From the NCBI RefSeq assembly GCF_006345805.1, contig NW_021832098.1, forward strand, positions 1-33,207: DNA of 33,207 nt, written 5' to 3'. The position numbers and the translations under genes were made by a program. Below are positions 1 to 10,020 of the stretch, in pieces. Within the stretch, counting starts at the first letter, position 1; every line of letters starts with the position of its first letter. Source of the stretch: Octopus sinensis (lineage: Eukaryota). Under the pieces are notes generated by a model. The model was not told the origin of the DNA, did not search any database, and saw only the letters and a list, made by a program, of their open reading frames with translations.

Positions 1-130
1 CAAAGACTGTAAGCTGTGATTTGATAGCAAGTGGACTGTTATTTTTTTCCATTAGAGGATTCTCTTGTTTGTTTAAATTCACATTAGCAGCAATGGTTTT
101 TCAGATATAAAAAACTTTGATTTATTTTTA

Positions 131-338
131 TTCTTTTATTTGTTTGTCATTTGACCGTGACCAAACTGGAGCCCCGCCTTTAGTCGAGCAAATCGACCCC
201 AGGACTTATTCTTTGTAAGTCTAGTACTTATTCTATCGGTCTCTTTTGCCGAACTGCTAAGTTACGGGGACGTAAACACACCAGCATCAGTTGTCAAGTG
301 ATGTGGGGGAACAAACACACACACACCATTATATATAC

Positions 339-369
<31 letters not shown>

Positions 370-545
370 ATATATATATACGACGAGCTTCTTTCAGTTT
401 CCGTCTACCAAATCCACTCAGAAGGCTTTGGTCAGCTCGAGGCTATAGTAGAAGACACTTGCCCAAGGTGCCACGCAGTGGGACTGAACCCGCAACCATG
501 TGGTTCGTAAGCAAGCTACTTACCATACAGCCACTCCTACGTCTA
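131..545 (-). mobile_element. tRNA-derived SINE, family A (CORE-like body, internal microsatellite spacer), full-length copy
   Basis: Minus strand reads GGAGTGGCTGTATGGTAAG (A-box-like) ... GGTTCAGTCCC (B-box-like) ... CACCTTGGGCAAGTGTCTTCTACTATAGCC (CORE-like), then a (TA)/(TG) spacer at ~314-380, then the conserved 3' half (TTTACGTCCCCGTAACTTAGC...GGGGTCGATTTGCTCGACTAAAGG). Same architecture at 12072-12496 and 13562-13990. Confidence 0.9.
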
Positions 546-556
546 TATATATATAA

Positions 557-710
557 CAGACTTCTTTCAGCTTCCATCTACAAAATGCACTCACAAGGCT
601 TTGGTCGCCCCGAGGCTATAGTAGAACACACTTGTCTAAGATGCCACGCAAAAGGACTGAACCCAGAACCATGTGAATGGGAAGCAAGCTTCTTACCACA
701 TAGCCACGCC
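557..710 (-). mobile_element. SINE family A, 5' half only, head-to-tail with the previous copy
   Basis: CTTCTTTCAGCTTCCATCTAC...GCAAGCTTCTTACCACATAGCCACGCC matches 386-540. Confidence 0.85.
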
Positions 711-719
711 ATTCAATTT

Positions 720-930
720 TTTTTATTTCTTTATTCGTTTACTTCTTTTAGTTGTTGGATTTCGACCCTTCTGGAGCAACAGTTTGGTGAATTCAATGGA
801 TCAACTTATCTCTAGTATTCATTGTAAACCGGGTATATTTTATCGGTGTCTGTTGGAGGAATGAACGGTTAAGTTACGGGGACGTAAACAAACCGACACA
901 GGGTGTCCAGTGATGTGAAACAAACACCGA
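720..930 (-). mobile_element. SINE family A, degenerate 3' half
   Basis: Contains GTTAAGTTACGGGGACGTAAACAAACC matching 259-282; the upstream part is heavily diverged. Confidence 0.65.
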
Positions 931-1113
931 CTCATGCACATTCATGCACATACGAATATACATCCTTGCATACATGCACATACAAATACACATGCATACA
1001 TACGAATATACAAACACATTTATATACATACATACAAGCATAAACATACACAAGTACATACATACATAAATATATACATACACGTACACGTATACACCCC
1101 CTCTACACACACA

Positions 1114-1141
<28 letters not shown>

Positions 1142-1144
<3 letters not shown>

Positions 1145-1334
1145 TGGGTTGGTGCGTAATTGTTGCGACTTTTTTTCAACAAATTTTATTCAACAAAAAC
1201 ATCTTTAAATGACGGTCTGACCGTCTGCCAAGCAAATGGAAAGCAGTGATTGAAGTAGATGGTGAATATGCACCGGGATAACCATTTAAATATATTTTTG
1301 TTACATGTTGTTGTTTTTGTTGAATAAAATTTGT
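1142..1334 (+). mobile_element. mariner-type non-autonomous deletion derivative (left TIR, transposase C-terminal remnant, right end truncated)
   Basis: TA followed by TTGGGTTGGTGCGTAATTGTTGCG resembles mariner TIRs (TTAGGTTGGTGC...). The interior translates DRLPSKWKAVIEVDGEYAPG*, like the mariner C-terminus (LP.RW..VI...GEY). Subterminal inverted repeat at 1178-1201 / 1312-1334. Confidence 0.7.
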
Positions 1335-1339
1335 CGTTC

Positions 1340-1553
1340 GTTCAATTCCCAGCGACGCAAAAATGAGTAGTACCTGTATTTCAAAGGGCCGGCCTTACCA
1401 CGCTCTGTGTCACACTGAATCTTCTTGAGAACTACGTTAAGGGTACACGTGTCTGTGGAGTGCTCAGCGACTTGGTCATTAATTTCACGAGCAAGCTGTT
1501 CCGTTGATCGTATCAGCTGGAAACCTCGTCGTTGTAACCGATGGAGTGCTCCT
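1340..1553 (+). mobile_element. SINE family D 3' body (5'-truncated)
   Basis: GTACCTGTATTTCAAAGG...GAGAACTAC...AAGGGTACACGTGTCT.TGGAGTGCTCAGC...TTAATTTCACG...GTAACCGA recurs at 23791-23971. It begins with GCAAAAATGAGTA, which is also in the family B copy at 6780-6792. Confidence 0.75.
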
Positions 1554-1652
1554 AAATATATATATACACACACACACGGTGGTGCTATTAAGTTAGACAT
1601 GGCCTAGACCAATTTTTGGTCGAAACATATCTAAGTTTATCTAAGTTTATAT

Positions 1653-1800
1653 ATTCATTTACCATCTATTAAGTCCACCTCGCAAGTCTCTAGTCGGCCC
1701 AGGGCCATAGTAAAATACACTTACTGAGGGTGTTGTGTAGTAGAAATGTATGCAAGACCGTACGGTTGGGATGCAAGCTTTTTAAATACACAGCCAAGCC
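1653..1800 (-). mobile_element. SINE family A, degenerate 5' half
   Basis: GTCGGCCCAGGGCCATAGTAAAATACACTT...GGTTGGGATGCAAGCTTTTTAAATACACAGCCAAGCC aligns by eye to the family A 5' half. Confidence 0.7.
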
Positions 1801-1825
1801 AATCCTTTTTTTTATTATTATACAG

Positions 1826-1857
1826 CATCATTGTAGCTATAAAGTACTTTCTGCCAG
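1826..1857 (+). other. candidate 32-nt exon (unassigned)
   Basis: T-rich tract plus TACAG acceptor, 32 nt, then GTATGT donor. No recognisable protein and no confirmed partner exon. Confidence 0.15.
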
Positions 1858-2119
1858 GTATGTCTAGGTCTGTTTCTGAGGAACAAGGGAGTTAGAAAGA
1901 TCATTGAGGTAAAGAATTTTTGCTTGGAAAATGGGTTTCACACTTTGAAAAACCAAGTCTGAACGTTTCCTTTGGCCAAATTCCATTCTTATATCAGCTG
2001 AAAATGTTGATAGCATTTCCAGCTACTTGTATCTCATCATTTTTCGAGTTACCAATGGAGATCTGAAGATCCCCAACAAAGAAATTCTGGTGGCTGAATG
2101 TAGTTTTCCTTCTGTGCAT

Positions 2120-2120
<1 letters not shown>

Positions 2121-2162
<42 letters not shown>

Positions 2163-2250
2163 TGCGCATGTGTGTGTATAAAAATCTATGTTTATGTAAG
2201 CATACATGTTTGTATATATACACACACATACACACACACACACACACACA

Positions 2251-2285
<35 letters not shown>

Positions 2286-2620
2286 CATATATATATATGA
2301 GTGTGTATACATACATATATACATTTATAAAGCTATCTCTCTTTGTATCTCTCACCCACAAATACAGACTAATGTCAGACATACATATACACAAATATGT
2401 GAGCATACATGTATACATGCATATATGTATTTATGTTTGTGTATATGCATGCATATATATGTATGTATACACACATACATAGATACATACATGTACGTAT
2501 ACATGTTGTATGTTTGTATGTATATATATATATATAATAATATATATATATATATATATGGGTATTTATATATGTATATGTAATCTATGTATATAATTAT
2601 CTATGTATGTACGCATGTTT
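2121..2620. repeat. compound (TG)n/(CA)n/(TA)n/(TATG)n microsatellite block
   Basis: Direct inspection; it explains the overlapping low-complexity ORFs. Confidence 0.95.
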
Positions 2621-3034
2621 ATCTGTTGTGTATGTATAACAAAGCAGATAAAGAGGACTCCATGAATGAACGGTAGCGGTCTTATCACTTTCTAATCACA
2701 AACAACACACATGGGAAATGTTTAGAAAGCCTAGATTCTCTGTAGCTTGCCAACTGCACCGGTTCCACCCCGACAAAGACACTAACGAGCGACAGGCCAC
2801 CGATGGCGCTTCAAATGTGGTTGAACGTCTTGCTAGACATAGCAACCAAACTTCCTACAATTTAAAATTGCAAGTGCCTTGGAAAATATATATAAATAAA
2901 TAAACAGGACACGCTGTGGGTATGCAGTTCTGGGATATACAAAAAGATCAAAATGGCCAACACTAAAGTAATTATCTATTATAGATGTTCTCGATTTCGG
3001 TCGATTGGGGTTAAGTGACAAAATGCTGTGCAGC

Positions 3035-3085
3035 ACACACACACGCACAGACACACGCGCGCGCGCGCACACGCTCTCTTTCTTT

Positions 3086-3157
<72 letters not shown>

Positions 3158-3359
3158 TCGCACACGCACACGGAGAGGGATAGAATGAAGTTTTATATAA
3201 GCTGATTTCGCGGCTTGTTAAACTTTTCATTTGTATTGAGTACTACTTCCTTTCGTTTACTAGCTGTACATACGCACGTACACACTATACACATATATGT
3301 ATATAAATATATATATATATATATATGTATATATGTGTATGAATGTATGTCCATGTATG

Positions 3360-3397
<38 letters not shown>

Positions 3398-3530
3398 TGT
3401 ATTTATATATATAAATATATATACACACATATATATATATACACATATGAATATATATACATATATCTTATATACTGAGAGAGAGAGAAAAAGAGAAAGA
3501 GGAGAGAGAGAGAAGTGTGTATGTGTGCGT
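3035..3530. repeat. compound (CA)n/(CG)n/(CT)n/(TA)n/(GA)n microsatellites
   Basis: Direct inspection. Confidence 0.95.
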
Positions 3531-3641
3531 GTGCGAGTGTTTATACGTTTGTTTATACATATATTAATATATAAGAAAAATAAGAAAATAGAGATAGATG
3601 AATTAGTAATTATATGTATAAATTACAAAAATATACATACT

Positions 3642-3711
3642 CCCTGACAGCTGTTTCGATTCAGACTTTAAAAATTAATTAAAATAATTAAAGTTGAATC
3701 TCGTCGCAGGT
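3642..3711 (-). ncRNA. degenerate minimal hammerhead-ribozyme motif (Penelope-like element type), probably inactive
   Basis: Minus strand: CCU-GCGACGA-GAUUCA...UGAAUC-GAAA-CAGCUGUC-AGG. Stems I and II pair and stem III is palindromic (ACAGCUGU), but the core reads GCGACGA instead of CUGANGA. Confidence 0.5.
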
Positions 3712-4009
3712 AGAAAAAATATACCATTAAATTTTCATATTTTTATCTGATAATATTTTATGTGTTAATATTAAATCTAATATTCAAAATAAATAATAGA
3801 TAAGAAACTAGTAAATCCATTGGATATTACTAACCTTTAATGAGGCGTATTTAACCTCAAATTGAACTTTTATATAAATATATATAAATATTCAAGATAT
3901 CTTTTCGTTAAGAGTACACACATACTCTCTATCCAGCTATATCTCATAAAACCCATAACTGTGTTGAATTCAGTTTGCCCATGACTGTGTTACATTGAAT
4001 GAGGTCTAT

Positions 4010-4300
4010 CCTTAGTCAACAAGCCCCTAAAGGCTTAGCTTATCCCGATTTCCACAGGATCTATAAAACATCGTAAATGACTGAGACTACAATATTTCAC
4101 TTCTCTGTACAGAAAGCTAGTCTCTCTCAGGATTAAGTCCCAGTTATTATTAGAACACATTTTCATCTGAGTGAACAACTCAAAATAAAATAAAAAGGTT
4201 TTGTTCAAGAACAAAGCGCCCCACCTGATCTGGGAATCGAAACTACATGGCCTTATGATCATAACGTGAGATCAACACACCTAACTGCTGGACCTCGTAC
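4010..4300 (-). mobile_element. tRNA-derived SINE family B, old diverged copy
   Basis: Minus strand: AGTTAGGTGTGTTGATCTCACGTTATGATCATAAGG...TTTCGATTCCCAGATCAGG...TTGTTCTTGAACAAAAC resembles the head at 6646-6750; the tail has GGAAATCGGGATAAGCT. Confidence 0.55.
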
Positions 4301-5039
4301 CTTCGCGTATAACTTTACAGATTATCAAAAAATTATTAATTTTGCTTTTTGCTTTGGAGCCGTTCTTCGTTTCAACGAATAGAGAAATACAGACGATATC
4401 TTTGTGATGTGGTTTCTGGTGCGGGCGCCATTTAGAGGCAAAATGTGAGATACTTGTTACAGATTATGACGTAGTTTTATCGTCTGCAAAAGAAACAATA
4501 CAAATTGGCTTTTTATTCGCAAACGCTTAAACGCATCACGTGATTCGATGAAGTCTAGTGGTGACGTGTGAGCATTTGTGCTTGTGCATCGGTGTGTGTG
4601 TGTGTGTGGTGTATGTTTATGTATGTGAGAGGATGGTGGGTGGGAATGAATTAAGCTTGATTCATTCAATTCATCTTTCATTATTTCTGTTCTTGCTTAT
4701 CAGCTTTATCAATTTATTCCGTCTATATAATTGTAAGCTTGCATATGTGTGCGCGCTCATATACATGTATATATACACTCATATACATGTATATATGTAT
4801 ATTATTTGTTTTTATATATACATTTTATGTAAAAAGTGAGACATTAAAATGAAGGATCACTCAATATATTTCAGTAAAATAATATTATTTTATTTTTACA
4901 AGAAAAAGGTTGACAATTTCTTCGAAATTTCGCTTACATAGTATAAGTATGTATGTGTGTATACACATATATGTATATATCATATGTATAACACCTGCCG
5001 ACAGATGTATATAATACACACACACACAAATACCACACG

Positions 5040-5091
<52 letters not shown>

Positions 5092-5820
5092 AGTAAAGAG
5101 GACTTTTTAGTCATGTAGAGTAAAAGACATCTTAACAATGCAAGTGTTACAAGAAAATACACCCTATACTTTCTGTACATCTAACTAGCTGCTAAGTGGG
5201 CGCAACATATGAGCGAGGAGCTACTGAGATACTTCTTCAGAATCCTATCGTGTAGGAATTAGTGAAACAGGTGTAGGAATGAATATGTTGAAATATTACA
5301 GACATTGTTTTCTTTCAATGACATGTGAGTATGTGTCTGAGTGTGTGAGCAAGTGTAAAGAGCCATTTTATTTACAAAATTTTGAATTTCATCGCCGTGT
5401 ACATAAAATAAGATACATGTAACACATAACATACGCATAGCCTCTATCCAGCTACATCTCATAAAAAAGAAAGTTTTATATTAAAATTTTGATTCATGTA
5501 TATATTTTAATACTACAATGCATGCTTTTCATTCATGCAAGAAACACCACATGTTCTTAGATAGATAGACGGACAGACAGATAATTATAAACAGCCTAAA
5601 ATATTTTTAATACTCTTGAAGAAAATAAGAAAAAATGTGCACATAGCCATGCTGCAAAGTCTCTTGACACATGAAAAGTTTTGCTCTCTACCCAAATTGT
5701 GAAGACATCTGCTGTCAAGATGCTTCTTGTGTTTGTGTGTCACTAAAGTAAGATATGAACCTATTTCTGTTGCTCTAGCCGACATATTTATAATATGAAT
5801 GGCATTTTCATTTACGAAGA

Positions 5821-5867
5821 CATGTGTGTGTGTGTGTGGTGTGCGTGTGTGTGTGTTTGTGTGTGTG

Positions 5868-5904
<37 letters not shown>

Positions 5905-6115
5905 ATACATCTTTTTTCAAACTTATTTGCACACATAAAGTATATCCGTTAGCAAACATGCAGACATACACATACTCGCACACATATACACAGGCATACA
6001 TACATACATACATACATACATACATACATACATACATACATACATACATACACATACATACATGCATACATACATACATACATATACACTCACACACACG
6101 TACACACGCGGGGAC
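5821..6115. repeat. (TG)n and (TACA)n microsatellites
   Basis: Direct inspection. Confidence 0.95.
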
Positions 6116-6199
6116 ACATAAACATACAGTAAAAATAAGAGCAGAGTACCTCTTCCCAGTTACTCAACCACTTGGCATTTCAAGTCACTTTCCATACTC

Positions 6200-6545
6200 G
6201 AAATAATAATCACACTCCTTAAATACTACACTACTTACCTTGGAAAACGGACAAATTTGATGATGTAGCCTTGCTTGATACGCCTACCAAGGTGGGAATA
6301 GTCATGGCTGGAATGTCATTGATTATAATTTAACTGAGTCAGGGTTGACCTGTGGGTGAAAAGCAACTGTAAGAAACAACTACTTGGTGAAATGTACGCG
6401 GTTGTTTGACTTGCTAGACATAGCAGCCAAACCTCCCTTAAAACTGAAAGACATTGGATAATGTAGTCCAAGATTCCACTTGAAAATATTGTAATGGTCG
6501 TGTCTCGAGCGCTTCTTTGAGGTTTACCTGGGATCAAAGAAAAAT
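6200..6545 (+). mobile_element. two tandem diverged copies of a dispersed repeat (…TTGCTAGACATAGCAGCCAAAC…GGATAATGTAGTCC…GTCATGGCTGGAATG…)
   Basis: TTGCTAGACATAGCA.CCAAAC also occurs at ~2830-2851. The TCATGGCT...GGGCTAAA tail also occurs, diverged, at ~24920-24985. Confidence 0.5.
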
Positions 6546-6643
6546 AACGAATTTATTTGACAATCCAGTATATCCCCATATTTATTCTGTATCGTCTGCT
6601 ACCTTTATATCGTCTGCTATTTTACATTGTCTACAATTTCAAA

Positions 6644-6900
6644 GTGGAGGCGCGTGGCTTAGTGGTTAGGGTGTCAGCATAATGATCGTAAGATTGTGAT
6701 TTCGACTCCTGGACCAGGTGACGCGTTGTGTTCTCGAGCAAAACACTTCATTTCAAGGTTGCTCCACTCCACTCAGCTGGCAAAAATGAGTAACGCTGCG
6801 ATGGACTGGCGTACTATCTAGCTGGGGAACACATACGCCATAGAAACAGGGAAACCGGGCCCATGAGGCTGGCTAGGCTTTAAAAGGGCGCATTTATTTT
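6644..6900 (+). mobile_element. tRNA-derived SINE family B (left monomer of a dimer)
   Basis: GTGGAGGCGCGTGGCTTAGTGG (A-box), TTCGACTCC (B-box-like), then the tail TGAGTAACGCTGCGATGGACTGGC...GAAACCGGGCCCATGAG...AAGGGCG. Confidence 0.85.
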
Positions 6901-7203
6901 GGCCCAGTGGCTATGGCAGCGGACTCCCGATCGGAGGATCGCGGTTTCGATTCCCAGACCGGGCGTTGTGTGTGTTTATTGAGGGAAAACACCTAAAAGC
7001 TCCACGAGGCTCCGCAGGGGTGGTGACGACCCCTGTTGTACTCTTCGCCACAACTTTCTCTCACTCTCTCTTCCTGTTTCTTGAGTAACGCTGCGATGGA
7101 CTGGCATCCTGTCCAGCTGGGGGGAACACATACGCCACAGAAACCGGGAAACCGGGCCCATGAGTCTGGCTAGGCTTCAGAAGGGCGAAAAAGAAAAAAA
7201 AGA
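6901..7203 (+). mobile_element. tRNA-derived SINE family C (right monomer of a dimer, a few 5' nt missing), A-rich tail
   Basis: GGCCCAGTGGCTATGGCAGCGGACTC...GGTTTCGATTCCCAGACCGGGCG matches the head of the solo copy at 15833-16133. Its 3' tail is the same as in the left monomer, followed by an A-rich tail and the TSD copy ACAATTTCAAA(GT) at 7204. Confidence 0.85.
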
Positions 7204-7548
7204 ACAATTTCAAAGTTTACTCTTCACTTTATATTCCTGTATCTCTCCATATTTAAACTTATTTTCACCACTTCTTTTTTTTTCTTGCCTGATTTTCTTC
7301 TCTTTTTTTTTAACTTTTGAGTAGAATGCCACACAGTTTTTATTTGAATTGAATCACAACTCAATAAGTTCAAATCTCGCCAAGGCTAACTTCGTTTTTT
7401 ATTTATTTTTTTCGGCGTCGATATAATAAAATACCCGTCAAGTAAGGGGGCCGATGTTATCCTCTAACACCCCCATTCAATTCTGCTGGACTAGGAGAGG
7501 TGGCTGGGGTCGAAAATATCCACTAACACAATCCCGTTTCCCAATACA

Positions 7549-7560
7549 ATATTATTATTA

Positions 7561-7619
<59 letters not shown>

Positions 7620-7645
7620 CATCATCATCATTATTATTATTATTA

Positions 7646-7681
<36 letters not shown>

Positions 7682-7683
7682 CA
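7549..7683. repeat. (ATT)n/(ATC)n microsatellite
   Basis: Direct inspection. Confidence 0.97.
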
Positions 7684-8250
7684 TTGAGTGAGAGAGCAGT
7701 GCATGCCATCAAAGTGACACTGGGGTAAAATATACGAAGCCCAGTATACCCATCATGACTACCCGTCTGATAAGTGTACACCAAGCACATGCATCACAAC
7801 CATATGTGCGTAACATGGAGATCTCTTATCAAGATTAATAGCGCATGATCTTGCAGGTGGGGCCCAGTTAGATTTTTTTTCCGGTCGAGTAGCCTATCCC
7901 GTGCAAAAGGTCCCTGAATAAGGTTTATTTAAGGATGTTGAACGAAATACCCACGTTTCCAAAGGTGAATTATCCAAGCATCAAAGAATTCCTCTCTACA
8001 CATGGCTGTGATGCTCTCCCCCCACCACTATTTCTGTTCATGATCGGCGATGCATATATTGTCAGCCACTCAGGGACATGCTCAACTGGTTAAGGTCAAA
8101 CAACTGACAAGCAAATGTGTGGTATTGAGCAGAATATTTGTTGTAGCCCATCTTTTATACCAAGACAAAACAATGTACATGATAACACTTCCAATCAGTT
8201 AAGATGAGAAGCCACGAAAGCCACTGCCTGGTACTGCATCAGGGCATTTA
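7684..8250 (-). mobile_element. ~565-bp non-coding dispersed element embedded in an (ATT)n tract (putative non-autonomous non-LTR retroposon)
   Basis: Flanked by (ATT)n on both sides (7549-7683 and 8248-8260). A partial second copy lies in the opposite orientation at 15424-15572. No ORF and no tRNA-like head recognised. Confidence 0.65.
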
Positions 8251-8609
8251 TTATTATTATTGTTATCATTCTCATTAGCACCGTCTTTCAATTCTGTTTC
8301 CATTTTTTGCCCAGTGTCTTCCTGACACCTAGGGCAGAGAAACGTACTGTATACATTACCAGATTGTTCATTTATAGAGTCATGTGATAGAGAAAAGTGG
8401 AAGACAGAGAAAAAGGAAAAGTTTTTAAAATAAAATAAAGGAGGGAAAATTAAAAATAATAAAATAAACGGGGAAAAAGAAAGCAAATTTACAGCGACAA
8501 TACTTTTCTCAATACGTATGACGTATCAGTTAAGACAATCTTCTGCACTTCCTGGGTGGATGGTAAGCTGGGTATCATTCTTGAATAAGGTAAGCCAGGG
8601 ATCATTATT

Positions 8610-8721
8610 AATAATAATAATAACTATTGTTGTTGTTGTTGTTGTTGTTGTTATTGTTGGTATTGTTGTTGGTGTTGTTGTTGCTGTTGTTGTTTTTGTT
8701 GTTGTTGCTGTTGTTGTTGTT
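8610..8721. repeat. (AAT)n/(GTT)n microsatellite
   Basis: Direct inspection. Confidence 0.95.
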
Positions 8722-8729
8722 AAACATTG

Positions 8730-8937
8730 TAAGGCGGTGAGCTGGCAGAATCATTAGCAGCGCTGTGCAAAATGCTTAGCGGCATTTCGTCTTCAAGTTC
8801 TGCATTCAAATTCCGCCGGGGTCGATTATGCCTTTCAACCTTTCGAGGTCGATGAAATAAGTTACACACTGGGGTCGATGTAATCGATTAGCCCCCTCCT
8901 CACAAAATTTCAGGCCTCCTGCCAATATATTAAAAAG
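8730..8937 (+). mobile_element. SINE family E with Deu/Nin-like core domain
   Basis: TAAGGCGGTGAGCTGGCAGAATC head; core CCGCCGGGGTCGATTATGCCTTTCAACCTTTCGAGGTCGATGAAATAAG resembles the Deu/Nin SINE core (GTCGAC..AGCCTTCCATCCTTCCGAGGTCGGTAAAATGAGTACC, from recall). Confidence 0.75.
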
Positions 8938-8960
8938 TATTATTAAACATTGTTGCCAAA

Positions 8961-9070
8961 CTCCGCCAAGGTCGACTTTGTTGCTCATACTTTCGGGGTC
9001 AATAAAATAAGTACCAGCAGAGTACTGGGGTCAACAGAATCGATTAGCCCCATGCCCTAAAATTTCAAGA
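8961..9070 (+). mobile_element. SINE family E, 5'-truncated second copy
   Basis: CTCCGCCAAGGTCGACTTTG...TTTCGGGGTCAATAAAATAAGTACCAG...GGGGTCAACAGAATCGATTAGCCCC. Confidence 0.7.
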
Positions 9071-9300
9071 CAAAAGTAAAAAAAAAAAACCCAGAAAATT
9101 GAACATTGTTGCCGCTCTTGTTGTTACAAAACCGTTTTATAAATTGACGTCATCACAAGAAAAACAAAAAACAAAAGAAAATTGTGAAAAACAAACTTTT
9201 GTCTAAGAATTTAAAAAATGGAGTCTTTCAATGAAGAGAAATCAACTTTTCAACAGCTTTAGTGTGATGTTTTCTTGTCTGGTAGCTTTTGATAGTGAAG

Positions 9301-10020
9301 GCGTTGTCGTTGTTGTTGTTGTTGTTGTTGTCGTCGTTGTTGTAGTTAATGGTGTTGTTCGTTGTCGATGTTGATGTCGTTGATGTTGGCGGTGTTGTTA
9401 TTCCTGTTGTTGTTGTTGCTGCTGCTACTGCTACTGTTGTTGTTGTGGTGGTGGTTGTGGTTGTGGTTTTGTTGCTGCTGCTGCTGCTAATGCTACTGTT
9501 GTTGTGGTGGTGGTTGTGGTGGTGGTGGTTGTGTTGGTGGTGGTGATGGTTGTGTTGGTGGTGGTGATGGTTGTGGTGATGATGATGGTGGTGGTGGTGG
9601 TGGTGGTGGTGTTAGTGGTGGTGATGGTGGTTGTGGTGGTGGTGGTGGTGGTGGTGGTGGTGGTTGTGGTTGTGGTGGTGATGGTTGTGGTGATGGTGGT
9701 TGTGGTGATGTTAGTTGTGGTTGTGGTGGTGGTGGTGGTGTTAGTGGTGGTGGCGGTGGTGGTAGGGGTGGTGGTGGGGGTGTTTTTCACGGCGGAAGAG
9801 TTGATGATGATGATGACAGTAACGACCACAATGACTATGAACGATGAAGACGTTGTCGATGAAGATGATGGTGATGGCGGCGGCGATGATGATGTTGATG
9901 ATGATGGCAAAAATGACGAAAAACGACGAAGACGAAGACGACGATGACAAACATGATGATAGTGATGATAGCAACGAAAACGACGATGATGATGTTGATA
10001 ATGGCGTCGACGATGATGTT
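9301..10020. repeat. ~720-bp compound trinucleotide tract (GTT, GCT, GTG/GGT, GAT, GAC)
   Basis: Direct inspection; it produces stop-free poly-Thr/Val/Asp/Ser frames on both strands. Confidence 0.95.

Noticed and set aside
2980-3015. CCGAAAUCGA palindrome resembling a hammerhead 3' half (minus strand)
   Set aside because: No upstream CUGANGA core.
8180-8250. HDV-like ribozyme at the 5' end of the (ATT)n-embedded element
   Set aside because: A P1/P2/P3 nested pseudoknot could not be built by eye; this needs a computational motif search.
9431-9910. Thr/Ser-rich mucin-like 159-aa ORF
   Set aside because: It lies entirely within a trinucleotide repeat that is open in several frames on both strands, with no splice signals or unique flanking coding sequence.
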